Source: Lepidodermella squamata (Eukaryota > Animalia > Gastrotricha). From it: a DNA stretch of 64,000 nucleotides. Each line of letters begins with the position of its first letter. The stretch's first letter is position 1. The notes under the pieces were generated by a model. That model searched no databases, was not told where the DNA came from, and worked only from the letters and a program-made list of their open reading frames with translations. The DNA is taken from the NCBI GenBank assembly GCA_047495785.1, contig JBLDXI010000010.1:682001-746000 (forward strand), given 5' to 3'. Below, piece after piece: positions 22,691-34,195 of the stretch. The translations under genes and the position numbers were made by a program.

Positions 22691-24270
22691 TTACAAAGCG
22701 GCTGCTTCTTCGAAATAGGCCGCAAGTAGCTTAACCTGTTACCAAAAATATAAATTGATGTTGATGAAAAAGGGAAAACTGTTTTACCCCATTGATGTAG
22801 TTCTTGCGGGAAATCTTTTCGTTGTTCGAATGAGCTCCGTCATCTGATTGGCCAACCGGCAGCAACATGACGTTCTTCTTCGTAAAGTTCTCAAACGACA
22901 GAGCGACAGGGATCGAACCACCCTCGCGCGTCATATCAGGCTCAACTCCCCAAACACGGCGAGTAGCGCGACGACCGGCTTCGTACTGGATGTGCTTAAT
23001 GTCGCCGAGCCAGCCGGGAGCACCGTGACCCATTGAAATGCTGATCTTATTCGGGCTGCCACGCTTGGCGAATTCAGCCTCAAGATGAGCCCGGACTAGC
23101 TCCTCAACCTTAGCTGGGTCCATGTGGGGGACAAGTCGGAGAGAGAATTTCCCGATAACCTTACGTGGGATCACAGTCTTGGCGCCAGGCTCCGAGAAAG
23201 CGCCTTCAATACCGTGAAGGGACAAGGAGGGGTTGCGCCAGCGGCTTTGGAGCAGCGTTGCTTTGTCACTGCTCAGAAGACGAGTAGCGCCGACCTCTTC
23301 TTCGTAGTCTTTCACGTTGAAGTGGATATTGGGATACAGCTTTTCCTCCTCGGGGGTCATCGGAGCAACTTGGTCATAGATGCCTGGGATCAGGATTTTG
23401 CCCTCCTTAGAGACCAGTGAGTTCATCAAAGCGACAAGGTCCCACATTGCCTCGTGGACAGCACCACCGTACACACCAGAGTGAAGATCCCTTTTTCATA
23501 AAATAAATTCAGAATTATTAAACTTCAGTCTTTTAGGCTTACCGCTTAGCGCATTCAACGCTGAGTTGGAAGTAGGTAATGCCTCGCAGGCCGTACGTAA
23601 TGCACGGGTGTTCAGTCGTGAGCCAGTAGTTGTCAGAAATGCAAACGAAGTCGACGTCCTCGAAAAAGGCAAGGTTATTCTTGATAGCATCGTCCAAGCC
23701 CTCAGAGCCAGACTCCTCCATGCACTCGAAGATGAACTTGATGTTAACAGGGACGTCAATGCCAAGATCCTGGTAAGCCTCAATGCAGTTGATCCAATCA
23801 ATGACAGGGCCCTTATCGTCGGTAGAACCGCGACCAAACAGCTTGCCGTCGATTTCGGTCAGGACAAAAGGCTCAGTGTCCCAGCCATCGCTGCGGATAG
23901 CCGGCTGGACGTCCAAGTGACCATAGATGCAAATGGTCTTCTTCGACTTGTCGTTGCCGAAGTTGCCAAAAATGAGTGGTGGGTAGTCGATCTCGGTGCC
24001 GTCAGGCAGCTGCTGCTTCTCAGGAATCGGCTTCAGCTCTGTTTTAGCGCCAAGGCGATCAAGATGCTGTTAACAAAATTGTTATAGTTGAGCTACATTT
24101 AAATGAATTGAACTTACAGCCTTAGTCCAGTGGACCATTTTCACGCACTCGCCGCGGGTTTTAGGCCATGCCGAGACAGACGGAATGGCAACAGCCTCGG
24201 CAAGTCGCTTGATGTAGTCTTCTTGCTTCTTCTCGATGTGCTTGAAGAGTTGCTCCAACTTGGCGTCCAT
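22691..24270 (-). CDS. CNDP2: Cytosolic non-specific dipeptidase (M20A), canonical copy, 4 exons
   Basis: Introns 24067-24117, 23491-23542, 22736-22787. [49 protein letters not shown] and DDGAHS are all intact. Confidence 0.93.
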
Positions 24271-24624
24271 TTTGATAGGATTTGTGAGAGTTGAGTAGTC
24301 GAGTTGTTAGAGAAAGCAGAAAGTAGCTGAATGTGACCGATATGTTTTGTAGGGGAAATTTCCGGCGGGGTTTCCTTATCTATAGGCATTACCGGCCTTA
24401 GCGGTATTCCTTATCTTCAATTCTGTGAAACTAAGCGGTGGGTCTGATAATTCTCCGGTACCGGCTTGTAAGTTTAATCATGTTTAAAGAATTGTGGAAG
24501 CAATTGAGCGAAATTTTAACACGCTCATCACTCGGTTTTTTGCTGATAGTTACACGAAAGAAAATGAGAAAAGAATTTGGCAAGGGGTGAATGAAACAAG
24601 CATTAAGCATTTAGTCGTGCTGGA

Positions 24625-26804
24625 ATGAATCTCATATTGACTGTACTTTTGCTCACTCAGGTGTTAGTTGATGCAGCACCTGCAGTTTCATGCCCTACAA
24701 CAGAATGCAAAGCTGTTCTGCAGCAAATTCTCGGCGATATGGATCCCGCAATAGACCCGTGCCAGAACTTTTACGATTACACCTGCGGAGGGTATGTGGC
24801 TACTTATCGCGACTCTGTTACCGAAAGCTACAAATCCGCGTTTATGGAAATAGACGAGCAAATATCGGAAAAACTATACAAGATTTTTTCATCGAATGCC
24901 ACAAGCAAAGTTCTGCCTTCCATCGAGTCGAAAATACGGAGGTTTTACCGCTCTTGTTTGAACGCTAGACAGTCCTGGCCTTATCCTAAAGGGATTGAAA
25001 CTGTCAAGAGTATGGTCAGAGATTTAGGTGGATTTTGGCCACGCTCTAACACGACCCTACGGCAACCGAACTCTACGCTAACAGATTTTTTGATTAAAAT
25101 GCAGCTGAATTATTCAATGAATGCCCTATTCATGGTTGGAACTGGGCGAGATATCACTAATATATCTAAAAATTCCATCAATTTCATTCAACCGCGTTCT
25201 GTCAGCGAGCGAGTAATGTCATTCGGTCTTCTTGAGCGAGTTCGTCAGCATTCATTATTCAGCCGAAGGAAGAGGGATACTGGCCCTTACGATGTAATCA
25301 TAAACTATCTCTCAAACCTAGTCGACAAAGTTCAGCCTAACGCGCTTACTGAGGACGATGTCGCTGCTGTTTGGTTCGATATTTATCTCGGGATATTGGT
25401 GATGCAAGACCTTGAGGAGGAGGCCGAAGCTCGAACTTACGGCTGGTTGAAGCAAAACGCCACGTTTCTCGATTGGGATGCCTATTTCAAGGCGCGCTTT
25501 GCCGCGGCAGAATTGAAAGGCTTCAACTTAACTGATTCGACTGTTATTTACTTCAGAGGGCTAAGCTACTTTGAAAAGCTATTTACTTGGCTGAATGAAC
25601 CGAGAAGTGGAACTGAGGAAAGGAATCTGCATAACTACTTAGTTATAACAGCTATTCTCCAGTATGAAGCTTACTTTCTGGATATCCCTCGAAGTGGTAA
25701 TCCATTTTTCAAGGCGAATCGTATTCCTGATGACGGATATGGCTTAATAAGTACTTGCGTTCAAATAACTAATGAGCTATTTTCAGTCCCGGTCGGTGCC
25801 ATGTATGTCGATGCGAACTTTGCATCGTTTCAAGTAACCAGACGCAAGGTCGAGGCAATGATTGAAAATATTAAAGCGACATACCGAGAAGCTATCGCTA
25901 CAGCAGACTGGATGGACTCAAGAACAAAATCTGCTGCCTTGGAGAAACTAAGGGCGATGAAAAGCCTAGCTGTTTACCCGGACAACGTTCGAAATGAAAG
26001 TTATTTGCTGAAAACTTACCTCAATCTCAATATCAGCGATGATTGGGTCGAAAATCTACTATCGGCCTATCGCTACACATATCCAGATAACTTGAAGGTA
26101 AAATCTCTCTTAGTTCGATGTTTCTCTAACCGATTTGAATGTTAACCCAGACTTTGAGCCAACCGCCTTTGGATGACGATTTTGACGGTCCTCAGCAAGT
26201 CAACGCGTTCTACGACCAATCTGTCAACACGATATACATCCCAGCTGGGTTTTTATCTGAGCCGTTCTACTACAACTCCAACGACATACCGGAGGCTTAC
26301 AATTACGGGTCATTAGGAGCAGTTATCGGCCACGAAATCTCCCATGCCTTCGATACGGCAGGTGCAGAACGGGATGCGCTTGGAAATAAGCGAAACTGGT
26401 GGGAAAACGCGACCCGTTCCGCATTCGAGCAAAAGCAGAAATGTTTTGTCAAGCAGTTCTCTGATATTTATATTTGGTCCTACCAAGTTAATGGCGAAAC
26501 GACGTTGAGTGAGAACATTGCTGATACAGTCGGGCTGAATGCTGCTTTCAAGGCAATGCTGAAGTCGCGGAGTAATGGCAGATACTCGAGCTTAGGCGAT
26601 CTGAGCTCAGCCCAACTGTTCTTCATTGGCTTTGCGCGGTGGCGTTGCACGATCTACGCCGATTCGGCTGTAGTTCGTGAGTTCATTTCACGAGCAGTTC
26701 ACGCCCCGGATGAAGCACGGGTCACTGGCTCAGTAGTGAATTCTGACGCTTTTGCGAATGCTTTCGAATGCCCGATTAACAGAAAAAAATGTAGTATTTG
26801 GTGA
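24625..26804 (+). CDS. M13 neprilysin/ECE-like zinc metallopeptidase, probably secreted, 2 exons
   Basis: Intron 26098-26150 (phase 0). DPCQNFYDYTCGG, VNAFY, GHEISHAFD (HExxH), ENIAD, C-terminal KCSIW. Confidence 0.92.
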
Positions 26805-27789
26805 AAATACTTACGTTGCGTAACCCTAATTAAAAAGTGTTACTTATAGCTCGCATTTTTCTTTCAGTTCGAGTTTTGCTTTATTACATCGTAACAACTA
26901 CGACAACAAGACGGTCAAATGCCAACACTTGAACTTATTTATTCGGAGTGTTCATGGGTATATAAAAAGTAAAATGGCGCGAACGTAAAAGTCTCTAGAA
27001 TATTCCTGACCAATCATAATTCTGTACAACTAGTAACGTAGCAGGTCGCCATTGTACAACAAAGGGGGGAATTCGAAACTCGGATTTTTGCTCGACACGT
27101 CAGGAGTTCCGAAATCTCAACGAAGGACACTTATCGCCAGAGGTCAGCGCATGCCAAATTCATGAAAAGCATGGTCGAATTCATTATATAGTAGCATGAA
27201 AAGATGCGCGAAACAGAAAAAATATGTTCACTTCAAGCATATGCTATGGCTATGTATGCATGTATCACATAGCTAAGTCGAGTCAAACAACTCCTTAGGG
27301 GTGAAGGGTAACTCCCCGGAACTTCTACTGTTGTTTTTCGTATTCAGCATGTTTGATTTAGTAAGTAAGTGATCTTAGAAGATAGGATAGAAGATACACT
27401 GAGTCTCGAGTAATCTCGCAAGAGAAGAATGGTCTTAGTTCACTTGACGTAAGTAAGGGACCGTGCCGAAATAGGCGCATTTTCGGCAGTCGGCGGCAGC
27501 AAGTAGCAGCGGATAACAGGCAGCAACAGGCGCGAGTAGTAGCTCGCATACGACCATAGCGCGCGGCGGCGCGGGGCAGACCCGCGCGCGCGCGTAACCG
27601 CCCAGCAGGGTGTGCTCGCAAAACAATGGGACAGTTATGCGTTCGCGTCGCCTAGTCGTTTCTTAGCATTATTAGAACATGAGCTGATTATTTTAACGTA
27701 GCAAGACGAAAAAAGTTAATTTCATTGAATTTTATTGGTAAAAAACGACCTCATGAACCAACACGAGTTCAATAACAATAATAATAAAA

Positions 27790-29852
27790 TTACAGACTAC
27801 TGATGTTTGCAGACAAGACAAATCGATTCAGTGGTGTCGATGTCATCGGTGGCGGCGCCGGCAAGTTGATAGCATGACTAGGATGAAATGGGCGAGCAAT
27901 TTGAGCCACCGGCCGCTGGCATGATAACGACGTTGGGGTGGACACAGAAGGAGTGGCAAGCTGCGCGGGACGTTCGTCGACCAAGGCAGACGGGGTGACG
28001 AGAGTCACAGGAATTTCGGCGGCCGCCGCCTTTTTCGCCGCTTGCGTTTCGCCTCGCCGGACTTTGGCCAGCGCCGACTCAACAAATGAAGTAGCACAAA
28101 GCGATGATGAATCGTCGGCGCAATAACGCATCGACAAACGGGTGAGTGCTTCCATCGAAGCGTCGCAGGTCAGCAGTTGTTGCGCGTCCGCCATGCTAAA
28201 AAATAGATGAAGAAAAAATTATTAAAAATTTCACTTTTGTTAAAAAATTTCATTATTTTTCATAATTCCAAAAAAATAAAGCAAAAAATACATACTTGTT
28301 GTCGACTAATTTTGTCAGGACTTCGAACGCGAAGCTGGTTGCTTCTTTCTTCTTATCGCCGGCGATCAGTGACAGTTCGACCCGAGACAAGCGCGTGGCA
28401 CCCAGGGCCACTCTTTCGTTGTTAACCGACAAGGACCGCAGCGTGTCGTCGTCGAGTTGACGTGCGGCGGGCGCGCCGGCCTTGGCCTGCTTACCGGCGG
28501 CGGCTTTTACGCGCAGCATCAGCAGCTTCTTGAGTCGAGCGCGGACGTGCGGCACGACTTTGTCGAGTTGACTGCGCTGCATAACGTCTTGTGTCACGGT
28601 GACGCGAAGACTTTTGAGTTCCGGCAGTTGCAAGAAATTTTTCAACGAGCTGAAAAATAATAAAAAAAATTAAAATCGGAACAATTATTTTTGTTTGAAT
28701 ATTTTAAATATCTGGTTATTTAGGAGAGAAAACTCACTCTTTTTTGCTGGCAGCCAATCGACGGCATATTTCGTAGAACAATTCGGAAGGCGATTGCTTC
28801 AGCCCTTTCTCCAAATCATCGATGCTCGATGCTGTGAAAAAAAAATAATATGAATAAAAAATATAAAACCAAAAATCAAATTAAATTAGAAAAATCCGGA
28901 ATTTTCCTAGGAATGCTAGATGAAAACAATTCTCACCGGAGATGAAATACCCGTCTAGCTGAATGTTTGCTGAGCCAGGGAAGTGAGGAAGAACGGGTGC
29001 CGGTTGGGCGCGGCGTTCAGTGAGGCGCTCGGCAGTCAGCTGCGCTTCCGGCTCGACTTCGTCCTCCCAGTCGTAAACAAATGAACCACCGCCGCGCATT
29101 GTTGGTAGCGACGTGGCCGCGCCACTTGAGGCGGTGAAAATGCGAGGCTGAGTACTGGCAGAAGACGGCGCTGGGCGAGTCGAAAGACGGCGAGGCGAAG
29201 GCGAACTGCTCCTGGCCGCACTTGATGACGACGATGACGACGACGCCGATGATGACGATGATGATGATGCGGCTGACGAGGACGACGACGACCGCGAGAG
29301 AGACGACCGAGAGCGGCGAGACTTGAAATTTGACGACGGCGAGGCATCGTCAGGTCGAGCGCGCTTCCGACCACGTCCAACCGCCGCCAGTGCCTGACCA
29401 TCAGAGCTAGTGGTGGCATTGAGAACAGTCTACAAAAAAATAAAATAAACAATATATTTATTAATTTTAAATTAAATTAATTTTTTTCAATTTTTTAATT
29501 TAATTAAAAAATTTGGAATAATAAAAAAACAATAAAACCTTGTGCTAACCTGAGGAAATGTACCGCGAAGTTGCAAGAATTCAACAGGAGGCCCGGTTTC
29601 GCGATCGTCGAGTTTCAGGCCATCGGGCAGATCGAGGTAGAAGTTATTCGCCCAGAACAAATCGCGGTCGACAAAGCCGAAGCAGTACTTCTCGCCGCGC
29701 TCAATTTTCGCGTGAAATTGAACGGCCGTCGGCTGTGGCTCGACGAGACCGCAGTAAAAGTAGGTTCGCGGCCCTGGCCGTTTATCGCGAACGCAATCGG
29801 CAAAACCAACGGCAGAGAGCGTTTTCGTAGATGGGATAAAAGTTCGTGGCAT
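27790..29852 (-). CDS. Transposon-borne accessory gene of unknown function, 5 exons, ~549 aa, Ser-rich middle, NLS-like RGRKRAR
   Basis: Exons 29852-29550, 29429-28937, 28831-28738, 28649-28296 and 28195-27790 total 1650 nt. All junctions are GT-AG and in frame. Confidence 0.75.
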
Positions 29853-29978
29853 TTTACGACTCGAAAGACGAATTTGACTTCAAACTAAAATTTTCTCTGT
29901 TTTAAACACCCTGACTTCAAAGCGCGGCCGCCAAACACAGACACACACCCGCGGTGTCGAGGATGCAGGTGTGGAACG

Positions 29979-31725
29979 TTGCGGTTGGGAGCCGATTTCA
30001 GAACCGCACCTGTCATTAGCGCACCTGTTGACGGGTCGCTATTTGATCGTGATGATGCTGCAGCTGGTGTTACGCTCGATGAATGCGTTGAAGAGTGTCA
30101 GCTGAACGGTTTTAAGTGCAGCCGCTCTTCAGTTTATCGACTGTTTCCGGCTTCTAACAAGAAACACAAGAATTCTGCGAAGACGCATCGCGCTGTCATT
30201 GGTTTGAAGTTACGGCCCAAGCGCTGCGATCTGCGAAAAGGCGATGAAAAACTCGATCATCATCGGAATGCGCGCATGACGTACCTCGACGAGTTGATGC
30301 TGCAGTTTCCTGATGACTTCACCTTTTTTAGCTGCGATAACAAAAACTCGATCGTCGTTGGTGACACGTGCGTGACCAAGTTGTGCCAAAACAAGTACTA
30401 CTACTTCGAAGGTGAACAGCCAAATTTGCCCGACCACAACTTTCCGGCTGATAAACACCTGAAAATTGTCCCCGCCGGCTACGAAAGACGCGAGCAGCCG
30501 TACGTGAGCGATTCTGGCCGCGTCAAGTGGCGCAACGCGGAGGTCGTCGTCGTAAACCGGTGCCGGCTTTTCAACGAGTGCGGCATAGCTGATCACGTGA
30601 GTGACCTCGCCACTCATGCCCTGAAAAATTCGCCCCGCGGCGGCGCACCATGCTTCGTTCTCGTCGTCGACGCCGGGCCCGACTGGCGGATCGAATATCC
30701 TAATGTGCGGTATATGTATTGGCGCTTGTTTTGCGAACTCGGCCTCGAGGCGATGATCGTCGCGCATTACGCTCCAGGTTACAGTTTTCGAAATAAGGTA
30801 AATAATATTGGTCACAAATAAAATCTCAGGAATTTTCTAAAATTTAATAAACTTTTAAAATTTATTGAATAAACAAAATAAAATAATTTATGTTCATGTT
30901 TTATTAGATTGAACGTCGATGGTCGAAGAGCAATCGGCTTTTAGTTGGCCACACTACGTCTCATCCGGACAAATGGCTGGATCAATATCCTCTGGCAAAG
31001 GACAAGCCGGTACGCGAACGATTAGCCGCCGAGTGCGCGCTCAAACTCGTGACTGAGCTCATCAATGGGAAACCGGCGGAGAAAGGCGTGCTCTTCTACT
31101 GCGTGGCTGAGCGCGCCGCGGCCGACCCGCGGTTCGTCATCACCCCCGCGGAGCACGACTTCATCAACACCGCGAAGCCGAACGCGGTGGCTGTCGAGCA
31201 AAATCAGGACTTGTACGAAGACCTGATTCTCATGGAAAAGCACATCGACCTGTAAGCCTTTTTTCTTTCATTAATTTATTTTCAAACTTTGAAGCTGAAA
31301 TTAATTTTGATTTTTTATTAAAAAAAAATTCAAAAAAATTGAATGCTAAAATTAAATTATTATTTTTTTTCAATTTCAGCCGCTGCGGCCAGGTCTGTTT
31401 TACTCGGTGCGAGGATTCAGCCTGCGTACATTGCGGACAGCATCCGCCGCCCGCCTCCGGCCTGTGGAAGTACCTGAATCAACACGGCGTCCCCGACCCC
31501 GAGTACGACGATTCTCGGCCGGGTCAATACAAGAAATTCGCCGATGTGTTTGAAGCCCGGCAACGCAGCGCTGCTGTTGAGGCAACGAATCCGCGGCCGC
31601 CGGCTGGTCGTTGCGAAATTTGCCCATCATATAGCTTTTTCAGCGAGATCCACAAAACCAGGCACACTAATATGATGCATCCCGAAATTTTGAAAAAAGG
31701 AAATAAAAAATGTCGGAAAGATTGA
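29979..31725 (+). CDS. DDE transposase (Zator/ISAzo13-like) with C-terminal Cys/His zinc-finger motifs, 3 exons, start unresolved
   Basis: Introns 30798-30907 and 31252-31379. HTH-like GFKCSRSSVYRL; SCDNK, LPDHNF, VDAGPD, HYAPGYSFRNK/IERRWS (compare ISAzo13 PPGTSKWNKIEHRLFS); CEIC..H..H. Confidence 0.8.
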
Positions 31726-33079
31726 TAATATGCGAGTTTAGATTTATTTTTGAAAAACGTTTGACAAATAAAGAGGCGACATAATATTTGAAATTGTTGT
31801 TCATTTTGTTCCTCTTCGCTTTTCGAAAACAACGTGTGTTGTATACGTGCACAGTCCCTCCATTGTGTTTGTATCGCGCGACGGGACTGGCGCTGAGAAG
31901 GCGGCGGACCGCACACTGTGTGGGGGTGGGACTGGCACTGCGAGGCGGCGGGCCGCCCGCGGTTTTGGTTACGAACGCGAGCGGGCCTCATGCTGGGCTA
32001 TAAATTTGACGACAAACAGCGTTTCACCTATTTATATAGCAAATTTGAGGCTGCTCCCATGTGTAACAGTCTACTGTGGCCTGCCGTCAACTCCGCCGCC
32101 AACCTACACCTGCACCGGCCTGCCACGGCCTGCCACTGATTGCTGCGTTTCGGCATGGCCCCTAAGCATGAACTTCCGATAGTTTCAAAAAGACGACCCC
32201 AATGTGTTTAAACATACATTGAATACGCAGCATTACTAAATCAACCATGCAGAGCAAGAAAGACATTAGGAAAAACTTTGAGGAGTCACCCTTCACCCCT
32301 AAGTATGTAAGATTACGCCTTACGCAAGGTATACCTATGTAAGATGAAGGCCTGTGAATTAGACATAATTAATTTTTTTTCGATTATCTGATCTTCCACA
32401 TGAATTTCTAATCAATTCGACCATGCTGATCACGAATTTCAAATACCCCGACCCCGGGGTCGCGTCCTTGGGCAAGATTTCGGAACCCTAAGGTCAGGCG
32501 ACGCGGCGACCGGCGACCTGAAAATTTGAATTCCCCCGCAAATGCGTTACCATGGAAAATTTAAAATTTAAAATAATTAAATTTGAAAATATTAATCAAG
32601 TTTTAAATTTTAAATTATCTATATAAGAAAATTAAAACACGTTCAAAATAAGAAAGCGCTTGATTTCTTTTTTGGCTGTTTTGACGCCGCCGGTTTGACG
32701 GAGTCAAAAAGTCCCGCCTTCCCGCCTATAACTTTTTATTCTCTATCTACTGATATCAAATTTATGATTGTAGGCCATACGGAAGTATGATATTAAGCGT
32801 ATGCGTCGAGCGTTCAATCAGCGTTGAGAAATTCAAATCTCAGCCGTTGAGTACCTCCGCCGTTTAGTAGTTTAGATTATAGGGCGAGCCAATAACAAGC
32901 GAGAGTTGTTATAGAGTGCACCAATTAGACGCAAGCGCGCGAGTCAGTGGCGCGGATCACTAATACGCTAGCACTAATATTTACATATGTTACACAATTC
33001 TCACCTTTAAAATAACCTGATAAGGATGATGCGATAGTAATAATTCAAGAAATGATAAGTTTCGCGCTTGATTTTAAAA

Positions 33080-34195
33080 GGACGTGGCTATGTGAACACA
33101 GTGAAATGTGTGTCACGCAATGGCTATGCGTACCCAATGTGTGTGGCGTGATGGCTACTTGAAGACAGTGTGTTTGCGTGATTGGCTACTTGAACACACC
33201 CACTGTGTTTGCGGAAACGGCTAAGCGTACCGACCCCGGCAACTACAGGTTTTTCACTTAATCGGTAATAATGAGGTGATTATTGACAGCGGAAGACAGA
33301 ATTCATTCATTGTGGAGTATAGGCTATAAATGCAGGTAAAACAGGGTCATGTTAACCATAAAACTTCACCATGTCCGAGTCAGTTTCTGAATCAGTTGTT
33401 CCCGATATTATCAAGGACCGTTTTCAGTCGCGCCACGACCTCGTTTATCTCGAATTCGAATTTTCACCGGCCACAACACCGACGGTTCAGCTGCACCACT
33501 GCGGAAGTGACCATTGGGTCGCAACTTCAACCATCACAGTCGGTCAATTACCGCCGCACGGCGTCAAGTTTCAAGTTAATGAACAGCCTGGCAGGGCCCA
33601 TCACCGAGCCGCTTCGAAGGCAAATTACCGAGCGCTATTCAACGTCGGCCGTTAATGGCTAAATTCCGGTGCACATCTTACCGGTGAGCCAACAAGCCAA
33701 CGGCTACGATGTATACGCGATCGCCTATTGCGTCGAGTTGTTAAATGGCAACGTTCCCCGCCGCGCACAGTTCGAGGCGTCGCGGATGCGCGGTCATCTT
33801 CTACAATGCCTGAAAAATCGTTTACTCACAACGTTTCCATCAGTGCCACATCGTGGCCGGTTGCCGGCGGTCAAAACTGAACTCCTGGAAGTCGAGCGGG
33901 TGACGACATTTATCGCCGGCGAGTTTTCAATCGCAAAAACTAGTTTTTTTACTGCATTGTTACTTTGGTGTTGTTCTGTTTATATGTCTCACCTTTTTCT
34001 AAACAAAATCAGCGGAAAATTTGGAATAAAGCAGGTTCGTTTCCGCTGTCAATATAGTGTTTTCCGGGTTAAAATGAGTGTGTTTACATAGCCAATAGCG
34101 CATACCCAGGTATTAACGCCCGCTGTGTTCAAGTAACCTATGTGTACGCATAGCCATTGCGTGATACACAATCCTGTGTTCACATAGCCACGTCC
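33080..34195. mobile_element. Non-autonomous Mutator-like element (MULE), 9-bp TSD
   Basis: TIR GGACGTGGCTATGTGAACACAG... with subterminal repeats; TSD ATTTTAAAA at 33071-33079 and 34196-34204. Confidence 0.85.
33371..33930 (+). pseudogene. Frameshifted Ulp1/SENP-like (C48) cysteine protease fragment inside the MULE
   Basis: VQLHHCGSDHWVATS, QQANGYD-VYAIAY (catalytic CG missing), MRGHLLQCL; split over several frames. Confidence 0.65.

Larger units (their letters stand above)
27298..32299. mobile_element. DNA transposon, Zator-like (ISAzo13/TP36-related DDE), carrying two genes
   Basis: TIR GGGGTGAAGGGT(A/G)ACTCC at both ends (27294-27315 vs 32282-32303 match at 21/22 including flanks). Flanks are TTA and TAA. 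Encloses the transposase and a second gene. Confidence 0.78.
27033..32551. repeat. Degenerate long inverted arms (~27033-27235 and ~32390-32551) enclosing the transposon
   Basis: Collinear inverted blocks: GGGGGAATTC 27065/32528, GTTCCGAAATCT 27106/32475, AGCATGGTCGAATT 27168/32414, and GTAACG at the outer ends. Confidence 0.65.

Noticed and set aside
1708-24270. Trans-spliced operons (tight same-strand spacing)
   Set aside because: No consistent acceptor motif before the ATGs, and the intergenic gaps contain promoter-like motifs. This cannot be supported without spliced-leader data.
29036-29452. ORF with a poly-His/Arg tract
   Set aside because: It is an alternative frame of the poly-Ser exon of the transposon accessory gene; splice phases select the Ser frame.
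27298-32299. Fanzor/TnpB RNA-guided nuclease as the accessory gene
   Set aside because: No RuvC or TnpB zinc-finger motifs are recognisable in ORF2.
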